This document shows, in pieces, positions 6,822 through 11,747 of a stretch of DNA of 13,058 nucleotides. Source of the stretch: an uncultured Clostridia bacterium. Its GTDB lineage: Bacteria; Bacillota; Clostridia; Oscillospirales; Acutalibacteraceae. Below the pieces are notes generated by a model. That model had not been told where the DNA came from, ran no database searches, and saw only the letters and a program-made list of their open reading frames with translations. Numbering within the stretch: the stretch's first letter is position 1; the number at the start of each line of letters is the position of its first letter. A program made the position numbers and the translations under genes. The stretch is taken from positions 1 through 13,058 of the forward strand of contig CALAQQ010000187.1 of NCBI GenBank assembly GCA_937888485.1, read 5' to 3'.

Positions 6822-7224
6822 AATTTTCTTTATCCTCTGAAGAAAACTGTGATGAGATTTTCTTTTCGGTTTCACGAAGAGAAAGAATCGCATTTCGTAT
6901 TTCATTTGCGTTACTCCAACCCCTTGTGTTTGCAACCGCCGCAAGCTGATTCAAGCTGTTGCCTGCAGCACGTATCTCTCTTATCAGAGTTACATAATCA
7001 ACCGTCGGTGCTTCCTTCAGCACTTTGAAATTAATCATCATCCTAATTACCTTAGACTTGGAAAAGCCGGATTTTTCACAAAGATAACACAGATGCTCAT
7101 ACTCCTTTTCTCCGAGATATGCTTTAACAAGCCTATCCTTTTTATTTTCCTTCACGGAATGTTTCACCTCCTTTTCTATGATTTGTTCAGGCCAGATGTA
7201 CCCGAACGGATTTTGTGGTACCAA
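6808..7224 (-). CDS. mobC: MobC-family relaxosome accessory protein
   Basis: RAAGNSLNQLAAVANTRGW matches the MobC GNxLNQxA signature. The 5' end is uncertain: the tracked start is TTG, and an internal GTG after AAGGAGG near 7150 is possible. Confidence 0.8.
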   Translation of the reverse strand: MVPQNPFGYIWPEQIIEKEVKHSVKENKKDRLVKAYLGEKEYEHLCYLCEKSGFSKSKVIRMMINFKVLKEAPTVDYVTLIREIRAAGNSLNQLAAVANTRGWSNANEIRNAILSLRETEKKISSQFSSEDKENYGGN

Positions 7225-7244
7225 AATCCAATGCTCGCTAAACT

Positions 7245-7298
7245 TCGGACAGCAATAAATATTGAGTGTTCAATCGTCCTCGTTTAATAACTGTCCGA
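7245..7298. promoter_or_regulatory. Inverted repeat upstream of mobC (one of two oriT/operator candidates)
   Basis: TCGGACAG (7245-7252) and CTGTCCGA (7291-7298) lie in the 87-bp gap between the 95-aa gene and mobC. Confidence 0.25.
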
Positions 7299-7311
7299 CA
7301 AGAGAGCATTC

Positions 7312-7599
7312 TTAATTGTTGCTTTGGTTTTTAAGGTTCTTACGGTTTCGTTTACCGTTTTTTGAAAACGCTTCCTTTGCTTCTTCGGTATGTGGCTTGA
7401 TGATTTTGAAAGTTATGTTTTCAAGCTTAACCGCCGCACGAAGAAATCCCGGCTGTTCATCATCGATGATATAAACTGCATCGGGTATTTCCTTATGAAG
7501 ATCAAGAATCTTCTTGTTAAGGTCTTTCAAATAGCTCTCAACCTGAATTTCATCATCGCCTACCGCAAACCAATAATGGTTTTCTTTTACCCTCGGCAT
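7312..7599 (-). CDS. Hypothetical 95-aa protein with a basic C-terminal tail
   Basis: AAGGAGG lies 8 nt upstream of the ATG. It is the first gene upstream of mobC on the same strand. I recognise no family motif. Confidence 0.7.
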   Translation of the reverse strand: MPRVKENHYWFAVGDDEIQVESYLKDLNKKILDLHKEIPDAVYIIDDEQPGFLRAAVKLENITFKIIKPHTEEAKEAFSKNGKRNRKNLKNQSNN

Positions 7600-7631
7600 A
7601 CTTCTTTCCTCCTTTCAAAAATTTTTTAGTG

Positions 7632-7760
7632 TACCGTTTTAGGCGTATTTTTATCGGACTTAACTCCGTGTTTTTGAGCATTTATCGAATGGAAATTTAC
7701 TGAACGATGATTTGTTCAACAAAACAATTTCTATCGAACAAACGGTAAATCCGATAAAAA
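7632..7760. repeat. Cluster of TATCG(G/A)A motifs plus two interleaved inverted matches
   Basis: TACCGTTT (7632-7639) matches AAACGGTA (7740-7747) in inverted orientation. TTTTTATCGGA (7648-7658) matches TCCGATAAAAA (7750-7760) likewise. TATCGAA also occurs at 7683-7689 and 7732-7738. Confidence 0.5.
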
Positions 7761-7782
7761 AGGCCTGCCGAAACAGTAAGTC

Positions 7783-8004
7783 TTAAGAATCAATTATTCG
7801 TTTCATCAACGCCTTATTCTCGGGCAGTACCGACTCAAGAAAGTATCTGCAAACAATGTGACTCGGTGTTATGAGCTGAGGACAGATGTGGGTTTCTCCG
7901 TCATCAAGCAGCAAACAGTTACTGTCATAACAGTTGCAGCATTGAGCCTTAATAAGGCTGACCACCTTATCAAACGACTGCGGGTTCAGTTTTAATTTCC
8001 GCAT
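7783..8004 (-). CDS. Cysteine-rich VLP-family protein (typical of Firmicutes conjugative/mobilizable elements)
   Basis: Cys cluster CCNCYDSNC...HICP...C plus the eponymous SVLPEN motif. AGGAGG lies 9 nt upstream. Confidence 0.85.
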   Translation of the reverse strand: MRKLKLNPQSFDKVVSLIKAQCCNCYDSNCLLLDDGETHICPQLITPSHIVCRYFLESVLPENKALMKRIIDS

Positions 8005-8038
8005 AGAGCGTGCCTCCTTTCTTTGGGACTTTGGTTAT

Positions 8039-8066
8039 AAAAAAACACCCGTCAAAATCTGACGAG
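8039..8066 (-). terminator. Orphan minus-strand terminator-like hairpin in a divergent intergenic region
   Basis: Minus-strand read: CTCGTCA-GATTT-TGACGGG, a 7-bp stem including one G-U pair, followed by TGTTTTTTT. On the plus strand the same position is a C-A mismatch and there is no T tail. Confidence 0.45.
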
Positions 8067-8079
8067 TGCATGTATGCGG

Positions 8080-8109
8080 TTGATTTATTCGGGACAGGTA
8101 TGTTATAAT
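8080..8109 (+). promoter_or_regulatory. Near-consensus promoter of the glycoside hydrolase gene
   Basis: TTGATT (8080-8085), an 18-nt spacer, then TGT-TATAAT (TATAAT at 8104-8109). AGGAG lies 6 nt before the ATG at 8158. Confidence 0.6.
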
Positions 8110-8157
8110 CATCTCGACAAATAAGAATTTGCGGAACAGATATAAAAGGAGAAACGT

Positions 8158-9747
8158 ATGACACAAATCATTTCATTTTTTCTATCCGTTGTGTTTGCAA
8201 TTGATATGTTTTTTGTCGGCTTATTGCCTGAAAAAAAGCTCGTTATTACGCAGACGGAAACTGAAACGGAATACTATATAAACGGCGAAAGCGATTGCTT
8301 ACGTTTTGGAGTTGTTGGTAAAGATAATCTGTTTGAGCCTGACGATGAAATTAAGGTTGTTATTGAATGCCTTGATGAATCTCTTAACGGTACAAGAGCA
8401 AAAATCTCCGTTAAGAGTGAGCAGACAGGCTTTGATAAGCGAGGATATGTTAATTTAATTTTTGATGTGCCGTATAACACCTTCACTTTTTCGTCAGATA
8501 AAAACGGAATTTTTACTGTTACGATTGAACTGACCGATAGAACCAAATACAGTTTCAACATCGGTGTTCTTCCGAAAAATACACAGGCAAGCGACGGCTT
8601 TTATTACGGAATTCAGCCGTATATAACCCGTGCTTATACTTGGGGTCAGGGTTTTCAGCTTCCGAACTATACTGCAGATGAATCAGTAGATAAAATCCTT
8701 GATGCAGCTGAATATCTCGGTGTAAATCTTGTTCGTGAGGACAGTGTTGGTTGGGGTGCAATGCAGAGTGAGGCTTACGGCGAAGTGAATTTCTCCGTGC
8801 AGGATTACCTTGTCGGCAAGGTCAACGAGCGCAATATGAAATATAACTGGCTTCTCGGCTTCAACGCAGGCAAATGGTCTGCCGCAGAAAAATATAAAGG
8901 AAATTACGATGAATCAATCGGTTGGACTTACCCTCCCGATGAAAATATTTGGTCGGGTTTTGCAGGCAAGATTGCAGAACATTACGCAGACAATACCGAC
9001 ATTCTGTGGGAAATCTGGAACGAGCCGAACTGGTATTTCTTCGCAGGCACTCCCGAAGAATATTTTTCGCTTCTTGAAAACACGGCATCAATTATCAAAG
9101 CCGAAAATCCATCAGCATATATTTATTCGGGCGGACTTGCAGTTGCAGAAAAAGAGAGCAACCTTGTTTTTTATCAGAAATCTGCAGAGTTGATAAATAA
9201 AAATCTGCTCGATAATTACGGTTATCACAACCACGACGGACTCGATAATTACTATAATTATATGGGCAAGATGTTATCGCTTACAAAATCTGCGGGACTT
9301 TCAAACGGCGGTTTCAACAGCGAAAGCGGTGTAGGCGGTACAGATGCGGCAACAATCGCATGTAAGGCACTTTACACCCGTTCAACAGGAGCAAGCGGAT
9401 TTGTTTCGTTCGCATTCAGAAAAACTGTTACACCCGAAAACGATATCAACGATTTTGCTTTTTTCAATGAATATTTGCAGCCAGACGAAGCTGTAATTTC
9501 TTACGCAACTGTTATCCGTTTTCTCGGCAATGCGGATTTCGTTAAGAATATTTCAAGCGAAAAGAATCTCGTGATTGACGAATACAAGGCAAGCGGGAAT
9601 AAAATTGAAGTATATTACAGCCTTGGTAATAAAACTAAAATCGCTGCACCCGAAGGTGATTACACCGCTTATGATATGTACGGCAATGAAATACAAATCG
9701 GCAGGAAGCTGACTGTCAGCAATACACCGATATATATTGTTTATTGA
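8158..9747 (+). CDS. Clan GH-A (TIM-barrel) glycoside hydrolase, GH5/GH39-like, with an N-terminal membrane anchor or signal
   Basis: The N-terminus IISFFLSVVFAIDMFFVGLL is hydrophobic. ILWEIWNEPNW matches the acid/base Glu motif. GGFNSESG is a candidate nucleophile strand. The family within the clan cannot be fixed by eye. Confidence 0.8.
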   Translation: MTQIISFFLSVVFAIDMFFVGLLPEKKLVITQTETETEYYINGESDCLRFGVVGKDNLFEPDDEIKVVIECLDESLNGTRAKISVKSEQTGFDKRGYVNLIFDVPYNTFTFSSDKNGIFTVTIELTDRTKYSFNIGVLPKNTQASDGFYYGIQPYITRAYTWGQGFQLPNYTADESVDKILDAAEYLGVNLVREDSVGWGAMQSEAYGEVNFSVQDYLVGKVNERNMKYNWLLGFNAGKWSAAEKYKGNYDESIGWTYPPDENIWSGFAGKIAEHYADNTDILWEIWNEPNWYFFAGTPEEYFSLLENTASIIKAENPSAYIYSGGLAVAEKESNLVFYQKSAELINKNLLDNYGYHNHDGLDNYYNYMGKMLSLTKSAGLSNGGFNSESGVGGTDAATIACKALYTRSTGASGFVSFAFRKTVTPENDINDFAFFNEYLQPDEAVISYATVIRFLGNADFVKNISSEKNLVIDEYKASGNKIEVYYSLGNKTKIAAPEGDYTAYDMYGNEIQIGRKLTVSNTPIYIVY

Positions 9748-9810
9748 TGTTAGAGCGATTTTTATGACAAATTCCAATTTGTCGAATTAAATTTAATAAT
9801 ATACCTTAAA

Positions 9811-9849
9811 CTCCTTCGATGGATAAACCGTCGGAGGAGTAATTTTTTT
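9811..9849 (+). terminator. Rho-independent terminator of the hydrolase gene
   Basis: CTCCTTCGATGG / CCGTCGGAGGAG forms a stem of about 12 bp (two G-U pairs) with loop ATAAA, followed by TAATTTTTTT. Confidence 0.7.
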
Positions 9850-9850
9850 G

Positions 9851-10056
9851 AAAAATTTTTAAAAAGTGGACATTAGGTTTCCATTTTAAGGTTTATTTTA
9901 CTGTTGTAAAAATTTTTCAAAGCGGAAGTAAAGCTTCCGGTTTTAGGTTTATTGTAATTTTATGAAACAGTCTATTCAAACGAAACAGCAAAAAATTTAA
10001 AAAAATTAAAAAAATTTTTTTAAATGGGCAAAAATCTTGCCACTTTAGGTGTTAAA
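9851..10056 (+). repeat. Three copies of a composite unit: A/T palindrome, short GC hairpin, TTTAGGT(T/G)TTA-like motif
   Basis: Unit 1: A5T5 at 9851-9860, hairpin TGGA/TCCA at 9867-9883, TTTTAAGGTTTATT at 9884-9897. Unit 2: A5T5 at 9908-9917, CGGAAG/CTTCCG at 9923-9939, TTTTAGGTTTATT at 9941-9953. Unit 3: A7T7 at 10008-10021, GGCAA/TTGCC at 10027-10041, CTTTAGGTGTTAA at 10043-10055. An extra TTAGGTTT lies at 9873-9880. Confidence 0.65.
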
Positions 10057-10213
10057 AGATAATTAAAGACACTTATCGGGATTGTGCAACATCAAATGTA
10101 AACGCTCAGCAAATAAACAGCTAATCTGTCCATTTAAAATTTATAAATGATTTTGTAAGCAATATTTACAAGTTAATTCACATCACAAAAGAATACCGAA
10201 AAAGGAGCAAAAC

Positions 10214-10276
10214 ATGAAAATTAACTTCAGAAATATAGTCTCAAACAACAGTTTTTTTAAGAGTAAACCGCCTTAG
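10214..10276 (+). CDS. Possible 20-aa leader mini-ORF (MKINFRNIVSNNSFFKSKPP)
   Basis: AAAGGAG lies 6 nt upstream of the ATG. The stop codon TAG is the first 3 nt of a perfect hairpin, TAGGGTA-TATT-TACCCTA (10274-10291). Coding status is unproven. Confidence 0.25.
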   Translation: MKINFRNIVSNNSFFKSKPP

Positions 10277-10356
10277 GGTATATTTACCCTACCATGCTCG
10301 AAACTCATAAATCAGACGATTTGAGGATAAAAACAAAGACTTAAAAGGAGGCATAA

Positions 10357-10647
10357 ATGAAACGATTAACCAAATATGAAAAAGAGAATATCTTTCTCTC
10401 AAATGCTGCGGAAGATTACTGGTCTGTTTACATTAACTCAAAGCCGTTTAAAAGGCGTTTTAAGGAGTATGATGACAAATATGCCGGCATTTTGATTCAC
10501 GAGCATACAGACCAATACGGAGGCGAATTATACAAAGTTCCGAAAAACTGCATATCAATCAGACTGCTCCCTCCGAGAACGGATGAACAGAAAAAGAAGG
10601 CAAAAGAACACGCAAAAAACGTCGGTCTCGGAAGAAAAGCGGGGTGA
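10357..10647 (+). CDS. Hypothetical 96-aa protein with a basic C-terminal tail
   Basis: AAGGAGG lies 5 nt upstream of the ATG, directly upstream of the rep gene. I recognise no family motif. Confidence 0.7.
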   Translation: MKRLTKYEKENIFLSNAAEDYWSVYINSKPFKRRFKEYDDKYAGILIHEHTDQYGGELYKVPKNCISIRLLPPRTDEQKKKAKEHAKNVGLGRKAG

Positions 10648-11473
10648 TAAATTGAGCGATAATTCAAGCAACAATTTCCCGTTTATTAAATTGCCGAGAG
10701 CATTGATTGACGATCCGAATTTTTCAGGATTATCTGCAGAAGCCAAACTATTATTTTCTCTTATTCTTGACAGGATGGGAGTATCGCAGATAAATGCGGA
10801 CAGATTTACGGATAAGAACGGTAATCTGTTTGTGTACTACACCATTCAAGAAATCTGCATAAAGCTTGGCTGTAGTCACGGAAAAGCGGTAAGACTTGTC
10901 AACGAACTTGAATATCATGGACTTATTTTCAAGCAAAGAAAAGGTTGCGGGAAACCGAATAAAATCATTGTTTTACCATCCGTTCTGAGAATTCTCAAAA
11001 CAGTACATAAGAAATCCGATAATGAGAATTCAGAAGTTCCCGAAAACGGAAATCAAAAGTTCTCAATATCGGAAGGAATCTATAATAACAACAGTTACAA
11101 TAACATCAGTTACCTCCATCCATCTATCGAGTATGAACGGTTGATAGAAAGCATCGAAGAACAGATTGAATATGATTGCATAAACGCAGATGCGGAAATA
11201 GTCAGGGAAATAATTCTCATTATGGCAGATGTTATTTCCGGGACAAGCTCCACCGTCAGAATCGGCGGAAGTGATTTTCCGAGAGAAGTTGTTATTTCAC
11301 GATTCAGAAAACTTACTGCAGAACACATTGAATATATTGTCGGTTGTATTGAAAGCAGTGAAACAAAAATCAAAAACATAAAAGCATATCTGATTTCAGC
11401 TTTGTTCAATGCACCGACAACAATAGCAAACTCTGTTTCGGCGGAATTTGCATATTATCAAAATTTATCTTAA
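10583..11473 (+). CDS. RepA_N-type replication initiator protein
   Basis: FPFIKLPRALIDDPNFSGLSAEAKLLFSLILDRMGVSQINADRFTDKNGNLFVYYTIQEICIKLGCSHGKAVRLVNELEYHGLIFKQRKGCGKPNKII matches the RepA_N winged-helix N-terminus of Firmicutes plasmids and ICEs. The start may instead be the in-frame TTG at 10652, which follows GGGGTG and comes just after the upstream stop. Confidence 0.85.
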   Translation: MNRKRRQKNTQKTSVSEEKRGDKLSDNSSNNFPFIKLPRALIDDPNFSGLSAEAKLLFSLILDRMGVSQINADRFTDKNGNLFVYYTIQEICIKLGCSHGKAVRLVNELEYHGLIFKQRKGCGKPNKIIVLPSVLRILKTVHKKSDNENSEVPENGNQKFSISEGIYNNNSYNNISYLHPSIEYERLIESIEEQIEYDCINADAEIVREIILIMADVISGTSSTVRIGGSDFPREVVISRFRKLTAEHIEYIVGCIESSETKIKNIKAYLISALFNAPTTIANSVSAEFAYYQNLS

Positions 11474-11483
11474 GGAGAAACAA

Positions 11484-11669
11484 ATGAATAATACTTTCAG
11501 AGATTACCCCGACGTTGTGAGCATTGAAGAACTTCAGGATATGCTTCACATCGGCAGAAACGCCGCCTATGACATTGTCAAGGAAGGCAAAATCAAAACT
11601 ATCAGAATCGGCAAACGATATATCATTCCGAAAACAAGCGTTATAAATTTTCTCGAAACAGCGTCTTAA
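11484..11669 (+). CDS. xis: Excisionase-family helix-turn-helix protein
   Basis: VSIEELQDMLHIGRNAAYDIVKEGKIKTIRIGKRYIIPK fits the family. AAGGAG lies 6 nt upstream of the internal ATG at 11484. The tracked start at 11448 overlaps rep and has no SD. Confidence 0.85.
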   Translation: MNNTFRDYPDVVSIEELQDMLHIGRNAAYDIVKEGKIKTIRIGKRYIIPKTSVINFLETAS

Positions 11670-11672
11670 CTC

Positions 11673-11700
11673 TTGTAAACAGTAAAATATTATGTATAAT
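11673..11700 (+). promoter_or_regulatory. Possible internal promoter ahead of int
   Basis: TTGTAA (11673-11678), a 16-nt spacer, then TATAAT (11695-11700). Confidence 0.35.
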
Positions 11701-11747
11701 TTTAATTACGGAATGATTGACTGTTTTCCAATCAGAAAGGAGTATCA

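Larger units (their letters stand above)
56..8066. mobile_element. Integrative mobilizable element (int, xis, parB-like, relaxase, mobC, VLP) next to tRNA-Trp, carrying the Fic/HipA-like insert
   Basis: The gene content forms one tightly spaced minus-strand operon (gaps of -14 to 183 nt) directly next to a tRNA 3' end. The right boundary is a guess; no second copy of the tRNA 3' end was found. Confidence 0.6.

Noticed and set aside
6822-6944. N-terminal 41 codons of the tracked relaxase ORF, and likewise 1587-1625 of the antitoxin ORF
   Set aside because: These upstream extensions have no SD and lie inside the preceding gene or upstream of the predicted -10 box. The internal Met codons give canonical family N-termini with good SD sites.
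7763-7775. CCTGCCGAAA, resembling the tRNA end/flank CCTGCCAGAAA, as a possible attR
   Set aside because: It is only 10 of 11 positions with an indel. It would also place the Cys-rich VLP gene, a typical element gene, outside the element.
8005-8025. GCGTGCC...TCCTTTCT, resembling parts of the tRNA 3' half
   Set aside because: This is the reverse complement of the AAGGAGG ribosome-binding site of the VLP gene plus a 7-mer, and there is no contiguous tRNA-like match.
9851-10056. Possibility that the three repeat units are a small CRISPR array
   Set aside because: The units are not identical repeats separated by unique spacers of regular length. The conserved parts are A/T palindromes and a short motif, and no cas genes are present.
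10153-10171. TTGTAA-N7-TTACAA inverted repeat upstream of the mini-ORF
   Set aside because: It is a 6-bp AT-rich arm, well within chance expectation, and no convincing promoter is associated with it.
10583-10651. 65-nt overlap between the 96-aa gene and the tracked rep start
   Set aside because: This is not rejected as coding, but the overlap may be an artefact. The in-frame TTG at 10652, preceded by GGGGTG, gives a RepA_N protein with the usual short N-terminus. It cannot be decided from sequence alone.
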